Positions 42,142-51,958 of a stretch of 55,100 nucleotides of DNA are shown here, piece after piece. The notes beneath the pieces are model-generated. The model saw only the letters and a program-made list of their open reading frames with translations. It was not told where the DNA came from and searched no databases. Source of the DNA: an uncultured virus (IMG/VR IMGVR_UViG_3300037189_011323) (Duplodnaviria > Heunggongvirae > Uroviricota > Caudoviricetes); IMG/VR virus record IMGVR_UViG_3300037189_011323, positions 62,001 through 117,100 of that record; one strand, 5' to 3'. Position 1 is the stretch's first letter. Every line of letters starts with the position of its first letter. The position numbers and the translations under genes were made by a program.

Positions 42142-42857
42142 TACGCTTTACTCTCTTTCTTAACATGTTTATAAATCTTATTGACGCCATCCTGAAACAT
42201 CATATACATAAGTGGAATATTGTCACCACTTTTGGCAAATACACGAACAGCACCATAATAATAACCACCACTACCAATATAACCATCCACAATTTTCTCA
42301 CACCAACGGTCAAGTTCATATGTCATGCTTAAATCGTCACTGTTGGTTTTTACAAAATTATATAATTCAATTAGATTATCTTTCTGTGTTGATCTACCAC
42401 CTACTCTCCAACCCCAATAGGTATGAAAATCAATTTGATATTTGATATCTGGATCATACTTTATTGCACTGATAAGTTTAACATCAACAGCAATATTGTC
42501 AAGTTTATCCAACTCATCAACATATTGTATATTACTTGTTGTTAAACCATAAACATGTCCAAGCATTTCTGGATCATCAAGAAACGCATCAAGAAGTGAC
42601 GTTTCATTTGTAAAAACACGCAAACATCCTTCTTTACGCACACGTGCGGTTGGATCAAGTGCTAATACTTTTTTTCGCAAAGGAGTTGCATGAGTATAAG
42701 AAAAATTCCTTATACTACCATGTGGATCGCCTAATTCCAAACGGAATCTATACTTGTTCTTATACCAAGTTTTAGCTTCGCTTGTTACACGCCAATGTGG
42801 AATTACGTTTTTAAACTTTTCCTGATATTCAATCAGCGTTTGTTCTGTCACTGCCAT
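42141..42857 (-). CDS. hypothetical protein
   Basis: 238-aa ORF coupled to neighbours. Confidence 0.7.
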   Translation of the reverse strand: MAVTEQTLIEYQEKFKNVIPHWRVTSEAKTWYKNKYRFRLELGDPHGSIRNFSYTHATPLRKKVLALDPTARVRKEGCLRVFTNETSLLDAFLDDPEMLGHVYGLTTSNIQYVDELDKLDNIAVDVKLISAIKYDPDIKYQIDFHTYWGWRVGGRSTQKDNLIELYNFVKTNSDDLSMTYELDRWCEKIVDGYIGSGGYYYGAVRVFAKSGDNIPLMYMMFQDGVNKIYKHVKKESKA

Positions 42858-45063
42858 TTTCTGCCACCAATTCTAACTTGTCATCAAGCAAGTCTACTTT
42901 AATTGTAACACTGTTCTGTGATTTGTCAAACAGTATTTTCTTTGCAAGTGGAACCTTGATGTGTTCATGAATTGTGCGGCTCATTGGTCTTGCACCAAGC
43001 AATGGGCTATAACCCTTCTTGACAAGCCAATCATAGGCAGCGTCAGTAATATCAAGTGTGATATTTTTACCTGACATCTGTGCTTCAAGTTCAGCAATGA
43101 ACTTTTCAGCAATCTTACGGATAGTTTTGCTATCCAGTTTGTTGAATGTAACAATCGCATCTACACGATTGCGGAACTCTGGACGGAAATGTTCTTTAAC
43201 AGCAGTTTCAACAACATCACTACGATCTTGGCTGCCAAAGCCAATAGCAAGACGTTCACTATCAGCTGCACCAAGATTACTGGTCATAATCAGCAATGAT
43301 TGGCGACAATCAGCACGTTTACCATTTGTGCCAGTGATGAAACCCTCATCCATAACTTGCAACAATACTTGTGCAACATCAGGATGTGCCTTTTCAATTT
43401 CGTCAAATAATATAATACAATGTGGGTTCTTGGCAACTTCACTGATAAGCAATCCACCAGCAAGATTAGCATCATCATAACCAACATAACCTGGCGGAGA
43501 ACCAATTAATCGTGAAATGCTATGCTTTTCTTGATATTCACTCATATCAAAACGTAGCAGTTTCATATTAAGTTTTTCACTTAACTGTTTAGCAAGTTCT
43601 GTTTTACCAGTGCCAGTTGGACCAAGGAACAAGAAGGAACCAACGGGCTTGTTATCAGCCTTCAAGCCAGCTTGACTTACCCATACACGATCAAGAACTG
43701 CATCAACCGCCGCATCTTGATTATAAACTTTACGTTTAATTTCTTTGTCAAGAGTTGGCATAAGTTTCTGTGTATTCTCTGCACCAAGCTGTGACTCTGG
43801 AATACCAGTGATACGGCTCAATTCACGGCGGATTTGTGCAACATCAATAGTGCGTGATCCACGTGACTGTGTGCGGCGTAGTGCTGCGGCACTATCAATA
43901 AGGTCAATAGCCTTATCTGGTAGACGTTTATCTGCTTGATAACGATGACTTAACATCACTGCTTCTGTGACAGCAGCATCTGTAATCTTAACATTATGAA
44001 ATGTTTCATAATTGGATTTAATGCCAAGCATAATTGTCTTACAATCTTCAATGCTTGGTTCACCAACACTCACACGATTAAACCTACGCATAAGCGCACG
44101 ATCTTTTTCAAAGTGCTTGGTATATTCTTCCCATGTAGTAGAAGCAATAACCTTGAAATCACCACGAGCAAGTGCTGGCTTAATCATGTTGCTTAAATCA
44201 ACACTGCTATTGCTACCACTGCCAGCACCATTCATTTGGTGTGCTTCATCAATAAACAGAATAACATTACCTTGTTCAGTTGCGGCGTTCATAATTTCTT
44301 GTAGACGTTCTTCAAAATCACCACGATATTTGGTACCTGCAAGCAAGCTACCAATATTCAAACTGTATACTTCATGTCCACGTAGGAACTTTGGAACATC
44401 ATCATGCACAATGTTGTAAGCAATACCCTCTGCAATAGCAGTTTTACCAACACCAGGATCACCAACCAACATAACGTTGCACTTGTTCTTACGTGCAAGA
44501 ATTTGTGTCATATCTGCAATTTCACTTGCACGACCAATGACAGGATCAATCTTGCCATCACGCACAAGTTCATTTAAATTTGTGCAATATTCATCAAGCG
44601 CATTACCACCAACACCAACTGCTTTTTTATTTGTCTTTTTATATAATTCTAAAACTTTTTCTGGTTCAACACCATACTTGTTAAGGAAATAAGCAGCATG
44701 GCTTTGTGTTTCCTTACTGATGCTCAAATATAGGTCAGTAATATGAATTTGCTGACGACCAAGTAGAATAACTTGGGTAAAGGCACGGTTGAATACACGT
44801 TCAAGACTTTGTGTTTTCTTGGGTTCTGCACTATCACTATCTTTTACTACTGGAATATTATCAAAGATATAATTTTCCAATTCTAATACGAGATTATCAA
44901 CATCTACACCAATTTCTCGTAGGGTTTTGCTGAAACCACGTTCGTGGAGCATACTAACCAGTAGATGTTCTACGGTGTAATATTGGTGGTTGTTGTCAAT
45001 AGCAAATTGCTTTGCTATTTTCACTACTTTTTCAAGGTCGCCGTTGCTGCTAAATTGTGTCAT
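42829..45063 (-). CDS. clpA: ClpA-like Hsp100 ATP-dependent unfoldase
   Basis: Clp N domain; GDPGVGKT and GPTGTGKT Walker A motifs; KYRGDFEER, LPDKAIDL, FRPEFRNR; IGF loop (LAIGFG); no ClpB middle domain. Confidence 0.9.
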   Translation of the reverse strand: MTQFSSNGDLEKVVKIAKQFAIDNNHQYYTVEHLLVSMLHERGFSKTLREIGVDVDNLVLELENYIFDNIPVVKDSDSAEPKKTQSLERVFNRAFTQVILLGRQQIHITDLYLSISKETQSHAAYFLNKYGVEPEKVLELYKKTNKKAVGVGGNALDEYCTNLNELVRDGKIDPVIGRASEIADMTQILARKNKCNVMLVGDPGVGKTAIAEGIAYNIVHDDVPKFLRGHEVYSLNIGSLLAGTKYRGDFEERLQEIMNAATEQGNVILFIDEAHQMNGAGSGSNSSVDLSNMIKPALARGDFKVIASTTWEEYTKHFEKDRALMRRFNRVSVGEPSIEDCKTIMLGIKSNYETFHNVKITDAAVTEAVMLSHRYQADKRLPDKAIDLIDSAAALRRTQSRGSRTIDVAQIRRELSRITGIPESQLGAENTQKLMPTLDKEIKRKVYNQDAAVDAVLDRVWVSQAGLKADNKPVGSFLFLGPTGTGKTELAKQLSEKLNMKLLRFDMSEYQEKHSISRLIGSPPGYVGYDDANLAGGLLISEVAKNPHCIILFDEIEKAHPDVAQVLLQVMDEGFITGTNGKRADCRQSLLIMTSNLGAADSERLAIGFGSQDRSDVVETAVKEHFRPEFRNRVDAIVTFNKLDSKTIRKIAEKFIAELEAQMSGKNITLDITDAAYDWLVKKGYSPLLGARPMSRTIHEHIKVPLAKKILFDKSQNSVTIKVDLLDDKLELVAENGSDRTNAD

Positions 45064-45069
45064 AGTCCT

Positions 45070-45104
45070 AATATAACATGTATTCAGTAGTTGTCAAGTA
45101 TTTA
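45070..45104 (-). promoter_or_regulatory. adjacent early (TTGACA-16-TATATT) and late (TAAATA) promoter motifs for clpA
   Basis: tgtcaa 45092-45097, aatata 45070-45075, tattta 45099-45104. Confidence 0.55.
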
Positions 45105-45966
45105 GTGGACGAATTTTCTGTATTTCTTTAACTAAATTAAGTTGTTCATTAGTCAAAATTGTAGGTATTTTTATATTAATTTTTGCAATATACTTGCCAC
45201 GTGTTCCATTTTGTCTTGGGAAACCTTCGTCTGTGATACCAAATTGGCTATTATTTTGGGTTCCACGAGGAATATGTAATTCTATAATTTTACCACTTGG
45301 TAAACTAATAGGTAAATTACATCCTAATATGGCTTGAAATGCATCAATTGTAATATCTTCCATTACATTTTCAGCATTTCTTGTAAAACGTTCATGCCGC
45401 TGAACACGGATTTGGACATCTAAATTACCACGTGGAACGCCTGGATTGGCATCATCCCCACGTCCAACTACCTGAAATACATATCCATCTTCAACACCTG
45501 CTGGTATTTCAATTTGTATTTTATCTTTATTATTTGTGGTATTAAATTCTATAATTTTAACTTGTGGATTTAGTGTATCCAAAAAGTTAAGGTCTAATAC
45601 TACACGTAAATTACGGTTTCTTGGCTGTTGGCGAGTCTGGAAGCCAAATTGGTTAAAGAATTGGTCATGGAAATTAGCAAATGGGTCTGAACCACCACCA
45701 AAGTTAAAGTGAAACTCAAATGGATTTCCGCCACCTTGATGCTGATGAAAATTACGGAATTGTGGTTGTGGATTTTTCAAACTATAATCATAAGCGGCAC
45801 GTTCTTGTGGATTGCTTAATGTATTATAAGCATCGTTGATCTGTTGAAACTTGTCTTTGCTACCACCCAAATCAGGATGATGCTGTTTGGCAAGTTTTCT
45901 AAAAGCTGATTTAATTTCTTCTGGAGTGGCAGACTGTGCCACCCCAAGTGTTTCATAATGACTCAT
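45094..45966 (-). CDS. DnaJ-class co-chaperone (class B/CbpA-like, no zinc finger)
   Basis: J domain with HPD, G/F region, IPAGVEDG, IPRGTQ. Confidence 0.9.
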   Translation of the reverse strand: MSHYETLGVAQSATPEEIKSAFRKLAKQHHPDLGGSKDKFQQINDAYNTLSNPQERAAYDYSLKNPQPQFRNFHQHQGGGNPFEFHFNFGGGSDPFANFHDQFFNQFGFQTRQQPRNRNLRVVLDLNFLDTLNPQVKIIEFNTTNNKDKIQIEIPAGVEDGYVFQVVGRGDDANPGVPRGNLDVQIRVQRHERFTRNAENVMEDITIDAFQAILGCNLPISLPSGKIIELHIPRGTQNNSQFGITDEGFPRQNGTRGKYIAKINIKIPTILTNEQLNLVKEIQKIRPLNT

Positions 45967-45986
45967 ACTAATAATTTAGCATGTAA

Positions 45987-46589
45987 TTAATTGCTTGTCA
46001 AGGTGCTTTTTGGTGTAGCAGCCGCAGTATCTTTCTTTTCTTGGGTTCTGCCCCAAGCACTTATACCTAAAATTGCACCAAATGCAAGATGTATAAGTCC
46101 ACCGTTAGATAATGTTAGACTTGTCCATTGTGTGTATGCAATCGTAGTTGAACCAAGAGATTTAAGAAATACTGGCATCGCCATTGTTAAGAATGGAGCA
46201 ACGATAAAATCAAAAGCACAAATAAGCATATAAAGAACTGCCATCATAGGACGCCAAAATTTTTGCATCCAATGTTCTGGTGGTTTTTCATTTGCTTTAC
46301 GTTCTTCACGCAATTGGCGTTGACGTTCATATTCTATTTCATCTTCTTTTTGTTGTTCACGACGATCTTCAATCATCATCTTGTGAAGTTCACGGCGTTC
46401 TTCAAGATGAAACTTCATTTCTTCTAATGCAATTTTACGAAGTTCTACATTTTTTTGATCTTCTGCACTTAGTTGTGTTTGTGGAGTAGGTGCATAAGAT
46501 GTAGCGGCAGTTGTTAATTGTGCGTCTTCTGGACGCTCATCATCTGCCATACGGCGTGGACCAATTGGTTCATCATCGTCATCTGCCAT
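45987..46589 (-). CDS. probable holin (GTA-type 3TM-like) with acidic coiled-coil N-terminus
   Basis: WRPMMAVLY...FDFIVAP and FGAILGISAWGRTQEK membrane segments; downstream of spanins; start MADDDD. Confidence 0.6.
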   Translation of the reverse strand: MADDDDEPIGPRRMADDERPEDAQLTTAATSYAPTPQTQLSAEDQKNVELRKIALEEMKFHLEERRELHKMMIEDRREQQKEDEIEYERQRQLREERKANEKPPEHWMQKFWRPMMAVLYMLICAFDFIVAPFLTMAMPVFLKSLGSTTIAYTQWTSLTLSNGGLIHLAFGAILGISAWGRTQEKKDTAAATPKSTLTSN

Positions 46590-46590
46590 C

Positions 46591-46989
46591 TTATTTTGTT
46601 CCTGTAGTTGTTTTTGTTGTATCTGGCTTTGCGGCTTGTGCATCATAGTATTTTTTGTATGCTCCAAGTTGTGCTTGATATTGTCTAATGATTTTAACAA
46701 GATTGGCTTGGTTGATTGCCATGTCTTCGTAGTCTTTTGGAGTAATTGCGAAAAGAGTGTCGCTATTTGCCGTTCTAAATGTTGTGTCAATGTGATCATC
46801 CGCACCAGTTTTGGCGTTTTTATTTATAATATACCATTCTACGTCACTTAATTGAACTTGGTCTACATTAGGTAACATAAGAGTAGGTTTTTCTACTGTA
46901 ATTACTGCTGTTGTTGGACCTGTAGTTTGGCAACCCATTAGCAATGCAGTTGCAAATATAGCTGCAAGGATTTTAACAACCTGAGACAT
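46591..46989 (-). CDS. o-spanin-like lipoprotein
   Basis: Lipobox LLMGC; Pro-containing linker; overlaps the i-spanin 3' end. Confidence 0.65.
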   Translation of the reverse strand: MSQVVKILAAIFATALLMGCQTTGPTTAVITVEKPTLMLPNVDQVQLSDVEWYIINKNAKTGADDHIDTTFRTANSDTLFAITPKDYEDMAINQANLVKIIRQYQAQLGAYKKYYDAQAAKPDTTKTTTGTK

Positions 46990-47374
46990 TTGCGGTTCCT
47001 TTGTTGACTGTTTCTTCTATGCATCGGAATGATTTTGCAGTAGCATCATTCATGCGTTTCTTGACTTCTTTTGGTTTGGCTTGTGCAAATGCTGCAAGGT
47101 CACGGTTATTTTTTTTAAACTTTTCTTGTATTGTGTTTACTTCATTACGAGCAGTCTGATAATCATCATATGCTTTTTGTGCAACTTCTTGCTGCACTTT
47201 TAAATCTTCTTGTGTTTTCTTAAGAGTTTCAGTAGTTGTTTTAAGAGCAAATTCTTTTGCTGCTACTTCTTGATTTAATCTGGCTAATTCGTCTTGGGTG
47301 TATTTAAAGTAGCCTACAATACTACCTACTATCGCAAGAACGATGCCAATCTTCCAAAGGCTGATTCCAAACAT
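46973..47374 (-). CDS. i-spanin-like protein
   Basis: N-terminal TM, long coiled coil, C-terminal cysteines. Confidence 0.65.
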   Translation of the reverse strand: MFGISLWKIGIVLAIVGSIVGYFKYTQDELARLNQEVAAKEFALKTTTETLKKTQEDLKVQQEVAQKAYDDYQTARNEVNTIQEKFKKNNRDLAAFAQAKPKEVKKRMNDATAKSFRCIEETVNKGTANVSGC

Positions 47375-47901
47375 TAGATAATTCCACTTAATTTCTTGAT
47401 TGCGTCTATATCTGTATTTAACTTTTCGGTTTCACTCTTTACTCTATTAAAACTTTTTACACTTTCTTCATATTGTGCTGGATTTTGTGGCACAGACTTT
47501 GTAAAGTTTTCTTCATTCATTGGTTGATAATCATTGCTCTTATACCAACGGAATTTCCAATCGCCACGCTTTACACCTGTGAGATGATTTAGATCGTCTA
47601 ACATTTCATTTACATATTTGTAAACATTTGGTCTGCGTTGGACTTCAACAAATACAAGACGTTCATTATCAGCAACTTCACCCGTGCTAACATCAGCATC
47701 AAGAATAAAATCATAACCATTTTCAAGAAAACTTACTAAATCAGTTGCTGGCATTAAGTCTTTTACTTTAAAACTTAATGTAACAACATCACTTGGGTCA
47801 CCCATCTTACTATTATATTCATCAATATGAATAGTATTATCAACCAAATATTTTAGGTCTTCTGCTTGTAAACCTTCATTTAATTGATTATGCTTGTTCA
47901 T
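47374..47901 (-). CDS. conserved phage protein (start MNKHNQLNEG)
   Basis: IDEYNSKMG, ENGYDFILDADVS, VFVE; GGAGG SD. Confidence 0.7.
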   Translation of the reverse strand: MNKHNQLNEGLQAEDLKYLVDNTIHIDEYNSKMGDPSDVVTLSFKVKDLMPATDLVSFLENGYDFILDADVSTGEVADNERLVFVEVQRRPNVYKYVNEMLDDLNHLTGVKRGDWKFRWYKSNDYQPMNEENFTKSVPQNPAQYEESVKSFNRVKSETEKLNTDIDAIKKLSGII

Positions 47902-48439
47902 TTTCTTCCTCCTCATTTTCAATTGGAGCTTCTTGATTTGTATCTTGTTCCTTTGCACCCTTATCACTCAAGCCTTTTTCAATGCTTGCTTGTAGGTCAG
48001 CAAGATCAACTTCTTCACCAGCAATATCCACACTACCTTGTTTAATATCACTCATAAGTTTCTTTGGTAGCAACATTTCTACATACCAAATTGGAAATTC
48101 TACAAGTTTACCTTTATGACTACCTGGTCTAATGTCAGCGGGACTACGAATTTCAATTGGAACTCGCACTTTTTCTTTTTTATAAGTAATCTTTGCACCA
48201 TATGGTAGCAAACGTTTAGCCGCAGCTGGATCAGGCATACGATCTAGTGGCCACATGAATATGCACTTTACCCAATAACGACTAATAATTGGACCTTCAA
48301 CCAATTCACCAATACGCCAGTTTGGGAAAGTATAGAAATCCATATTGTCAAGAACACGTTCAAAATCGCAGAGCATGCTGATTGCTGCATCACTCATATA
48401 AATTTGCTTTACTGCTTTTAAATTCTGTTTAATATCCAT
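47888..48439 (-). CDS. conserved phage late protein
   Basis: DFERVLD, GELVEGP, MPDP; TATAAATA at 48456-48463. Confidence 0.75.
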   Translation of the reverse strand: MDIKQNLKAVKQIYMSDAAISMLCDFERVLDNMDFYTFPNWRIGELVEGPIISRYWVKCIFMWPLDRMPDPAAAKRLLPYGAKITYKKEKVRVPIEIRSPADIRPGSHKGKLVEFPIWYVEMLLPKKLMSDIKQGSVDIAGEEVDLADLQASIEKGLSDKGAKEQDTNQEAPIENEEEENEQA

Positions 48440-48555
48440 AGTGACACTCTTAAGTTATTTATAACAAATTGAGGTCAAGATACATTACATTATAATGTCA
48501 TATATTGTGATTTAAATACTTTTGTGCTACAACCAGCACGGGAAGAGAATACTTT

Positions 48556-49311
48556 ATGAAGCGTAAACAAAAGTTACATCAAATGAACCCTAACGCACAA
48601 AGCCAAAACAGAAATTATAACAACATAACTCAAATAGAACAGTTCTTACCACAGAAGAAAAGAACAGTTGAAATTATTCCCAGAAATATAAATCAGGAAA
48701 CCTATCTTGCACTGCTCATGGACCCATCTATGAGCATTATTATTGCAAGTGGACCTGCTGGCACGGGTAAAACACTGTTAGCTATGCAAGCTGCAATTAA
48801 ATTCCTTAAAGAACGCCAAATTGATAAAATTATTTTAACAAGACCAGCAGTTGGTGTTGAAGGTGAGCGTCATGGGTTTTTACCAGGTGATTTAGTACAA
48901 AAAATGGAACCTTGGACTAAACCACTATTTGATGTGCTACACGAGTATTATACCACACGTGATACACTTTCTATGATTGAAAATGGTGTTATTGAAATTT
49001 GTCCACTTGCTTTTATGCGTGGGAGAACTTTCAAAAATGCAGTAATCATCGCAGATGAAATGCAAAATGCAACACCAAATCAAATGAAAATGTTATTAAC
49101 ACGTATTGGTGAAGGCAGTCGTATCATTGTAACAGGCGATGTTCGTCAGACCGACCGAACAGAAGGTGAGAACGGATTATTAGATTTCAACAAACTAATT
49201 AACCAATTCCGCTCCAGCGCACATGTTGGCACCGTAGAATTTACAGGCAGTGATATTGAACGTCATCCAGCAGTAGAGGAGGTATTGCGAATATACGGTG
49301 ATATCAAATAG
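48556..49311 (+). CDS. phoH: PhoH-family ATPase
   Basis: GPAGTGKT, TRPAV, GFLPG, MRGRTF, DEMQN, TRIG, GDxxQ, DIERH. Confidence 0.95.
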   Translation: MKRKQKLHQMNPNAQSQNRNYNNITQIEQFLPQKKRTVEIIPRNINQETYLALLMDPSMSIIIASGPAGTGKTLLAMQAAIKFLKERQIDKIILTRPAVGVEGERHGFLPGDLVQKMEPWTKPLFDVLHEYYTTRDTLSMIENGVIEICPLAFMRGRTFKNAVIIADEMQNATPNQMKMLLTRIGEGSRIIVTGDVRQTDRTEGENGLLDFNKLINQFRSSAHVGTVEFTGSDIERHPAVEEVLRIYGDIK

Positions 49312-49660
49312 TCTTACGACTTAGTAACTTTAATAACCGCCATTGGTCATAAGCGTCTTTTACGGCTTCACTTTCATGTTGGCGATCTTTTGCCCAACTT
49401 GTTTCTTGAATCCATCCGCCGTTTTTACCCTGTGCTTTATATATTGCCCATGCTTCTGGTAGATACTGTTCAAACCAAGTATCTTCGCCCAAATCATTAC
49501 GGGTCATACCAAAGAAAGCATTTCCGTCCATTATAGCCATAACTTCGGCTATTGGTCGCAGCAATTCTTTTTCTTTCTGTGTAAACTTTCTCTTTTTAAG
49601 TTTTTGGTTATAGTTTTTCCAGAACCATTTTAAAAAAGAATCAGGTTCACTTTTATTCAT
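49304..49660 (-). CDS. hypothetical protein
   Basis: ATGA overlap with clamp loader; C-terminal AVKDAYDQWRLL motif. Confidence 0.65.
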   Translation of the reverse strand: MNKSEPDSFLKWFWKNYNQKLKKRKFTQKEKELLRPIAEVMAIMDGNAFFGMTRNDLGEDTWFEQYLPEAWAIYKAQGKNGGWIQETSWAKDRQHESEAVKDAYDQWRLLKLLSRKTI

Positions 49661-50583
49661 TGTAATTCGGCTAACTCACAAAATGTAGCACTTAAATTAA
49701 TTTCAGCATCAGCAACCATACTATGATTTACCAAGCCATTGCGAATGATAACAATTGCACGATCCTGTGCATCATCACTACTTGCAAACAAATCAAGATT
49801 ATCATACATCCAACGGAATACTTCTTCCATCTCATCAGGACGAACTTGACTACAAATTAGTTTACGTGCTTCACGAATCTTTTTTGCTTTAAACAATTCA
49901 ACTGCTTGTAATCTATAGTCACTGCTATTCTGCGAACCTTGTGCAACCTTTTGTAGGGTTCCGCCACTACTTCCACTTTGTAGTGCATTAATACATTTAC
50001 GAAGGTCAGGATATTGTGCACTTACATAAGTGTCTAACACATCTAAGTCAAAGTTAATATTTTCTTCAACAAGAATAGTAGCGGCACGTGCAGTAAACTC
50101 TGTTTTGTCAAGTTTCTCAATATGGAAACCTTGACAACGACTATGCAACGCTGGAATAATCTTGTTAGGATAGTTGCAAGTCATAATAAAACGAGCAGTG
50201 CTGCTGTAAGTCTCCATCAAACCACGCAGCACTGCTTGTGCGTTAGGCGACAGATAATCTGCCTCATCCAACAGCACCACCTTAAACTCACCAAATGGCA
50301 TTGTAGATACAAATCCTTCAATGCGGTCACGAATAAAATCAACACCGTTATCTCTGGAAGCGTTGATTTGCATAATATCATAATCTTCTACGCCAAGATC
50401 ATTCATAAGAACCTTGGCAAGCGTGGTCTTGCCTGTGCCTGGTCCACCACTGAATAACAGATGTGGAATATTCTTCTCACTCACCCACTGACGAACCTGT
50501 TGTTGTTGGGCATCATCACGCCAAACATAATCATTTACCGTGCGTGGGCGGTATCGTTCTGTCCAAAGATAATTTGTAATCAT
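49657..50583 (-). CDS. clamp loader subunit (gp44/RFC-like)
   Basis: LWTERYRP, GGPGTGKTT, INASRD, LLDEAD, CNY, SRC, DLRK. Confidence 0.93.
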   Translation of the reverse strand: MITNYLWTERYRPRTVNDYVWRDDAQQQQVRQWVSEKNIPHLLFSGGPGTGKTTLAKVLMNDLGVEDYDIMQINASRDNGVDFIRDRIEGFVSTMPFGEFKVVLLDEADYLSPNAQAVLRGLMETYSSTARFIMTCNYPNKIIPALHSRCQGFHIEKLDKTEFTARAATILVEENINFDLDVLDTYVSAQYPDLRKCINALQSGSSGGTLQKVAQGSQNSSDYRLQAVELFKAKKIREARKLICSQVRPDEMEEVFRWMYDNLDLFASSDDAQDRAIVIIRNGLVNHSMVADAEINLSATFCELAELQ

Positions 50584-50623
50584 GTTTTTATACTAACATA
50601 CGGTTATAGTGATGTCAACTATT

Positions 50624-51013
50624 TTAAGTTGGGTTAATACCAAAGGTTAAATCTTCTGTTGGCATTTCATCGCTGCTCATAAGAATATCTTTGGGATCAA
50701 CCAGACGAACAGTGGTAGTTTCACCGCTTTCATCTGTCATATCAAGACCACGAGTCCAACGACCATGTGCAACAAGAATATATTCACCTGGTTTTACATC
50801 TTCTTGTAAACGACCAACAGCAACAACTTGTGCCCAACGTGGACGAATACCTTGTCCTTTCTTGTCATCATCAATAATGATGATACCACCAAGTGTCATA
50901 CGCTCACCAAAATCCATGTCCTTTACAAGAACATTATTTTTAGTTGGTATAATTTTTCGATAGTCTTCACGAACATGGTGTAGACTACTTTTTGCTTTAT
51001 TGAGTTTTGTCAT
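50624..51013 (-). CDS. GroES-like co-chaperonin
   Basis: PTKNNVLV, TLGGIII, VVAVG, VKPGE, KDIL. Confidence 0.85.
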   Translation of the reverse strand: MTKLNKAKSSLHHVREDYRKIIPTKNNVLVKDMDFGERMTLGGIIIIDDDKKGQGIRPRWAQVVAVGRLQEDVKPGEYILVAHGRWTRGLDMTDESGETTTVRLVDPKDILMSSDEMPTEDLTFGINPT

Positions 51014-51420
51014 ATTCTGCGTCTCTGGTTTCTTAAACGGTCTGCAAGTTCTTGGCTACGTGCTTGTGCATCATTAATACCACCAGTTGTTGGTGCTGGT
51101 GTATTTGGATCAACTGGTGTAGATTCCTGCTGTGAACTAACAAGATTTTCTAACGGAGTTGGTGTTTCAAAAATATCTGCTACTGCTGCGGCATTTGCCT
51201 CATCAACCGTATTATAAATTGGTGCGTCTTTTAATGGACTACCTTTCTGTGCATTATAATAACTTTTCATTCGCTGATCCCTTGTTTCAACAACTTGTCC
51301 ACCTGGTCCAAGTATATCACCACGTGCATTTTGCCTGCTATTACCTACAGCAATAGTTCTTTCTTGTTGTATTTTCAACGCATTTATATCTAAAAATTTG
51401 CCATTTGCTGTGCGATTCAT
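51010..51420 (-). CDS. conserved phage late protein
   Basis: RTANGK...AVGN...NARGDILGPGG; TAAATA at 51440-51445. Confidence 0.7.
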   Translation of the reverse strand: MNRTANGKFLDINALKIQQERTIAVGNSRQNARGDILGPGGQVVETRDQRMKSYYNAQKGSPLKDAPIYNTVDEANAAAVADIFETPTPLENLVSSQQESTPVDPNTPAPTTGGINDAQARSQELADRLRNQRRRI

Positions 51421-51442
51421 AAAAACTCTACTCCTTGCGTAT

Positions 51443-51958
51443 TTAACGCATAAATTCTGCGAACTCTAAATTATTTCTTAAACTATGTATGCGATGAACA
51501 CCAATCAAATATAAAACAAAACTTGCTACACTTGAACCACGACCAACGCCCCATACTATACTATTCTTACGCATGGTGTCAACAAAATATTTTAAATACT
51601 GCAATAGTGGTAACAAATCTCTTTCAGCATATTCTAATAATTCTTGACCAGCACGTTGTAATTCATTTTGGTCTTGGCATTGATCTAAAATCCATTTAGC
51701 AATATCCAAATCCAAATATTCCTGTGGCATGAACCACACCTGTTGATTACGTTTATGAAACTCATTCACACTGATATCCAACGCCTCTAACTTTTGTAAA
51801 GGTTTCCAATCAAGATATAATGATTTAATTGCCGCATTATATTTTTCTGGATTAGTTATTGGAATATCGGATATTTCCCGTTCAGGATTAATATAAAGTA
51901 ATTCTGCTAGTTCAACATCATTTATTACTGAACGGGAAAATTCGTCAAGATTTGTCAC
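51443..51958 (-). CDS. stand-alone fragment of DNA polymerase III alpha (DnaE-like)
   Basis: R..QEL, WGVGRGSSVASFVLYLIGV; ends at LEFAEFMR, before the catalytic PDIDxD. Confidence 0.75.
   Translation of the reverse strand: MTNLDEFSRSVINDVELAELLYINPEREISDIPITNPEKYNAAIKSLYLDWKPLQKLEALDISVNEFHKRNQQVWFMPQEYLDLDIAKWILDQCQDQNELQRAGQELLEYAERDLLPLLQYLKYFVDTMRKNSIVWGVGRGSSVASFVLYLIGVHRIHSLRNNLEFAEFMR

Noticed and set aside
46590..46805. N-terminal extension of the holin-like ORF
   Set aside because: Lies entirely within the o-spanin gene; ATG 46589 follows the o-spanin stop directly.
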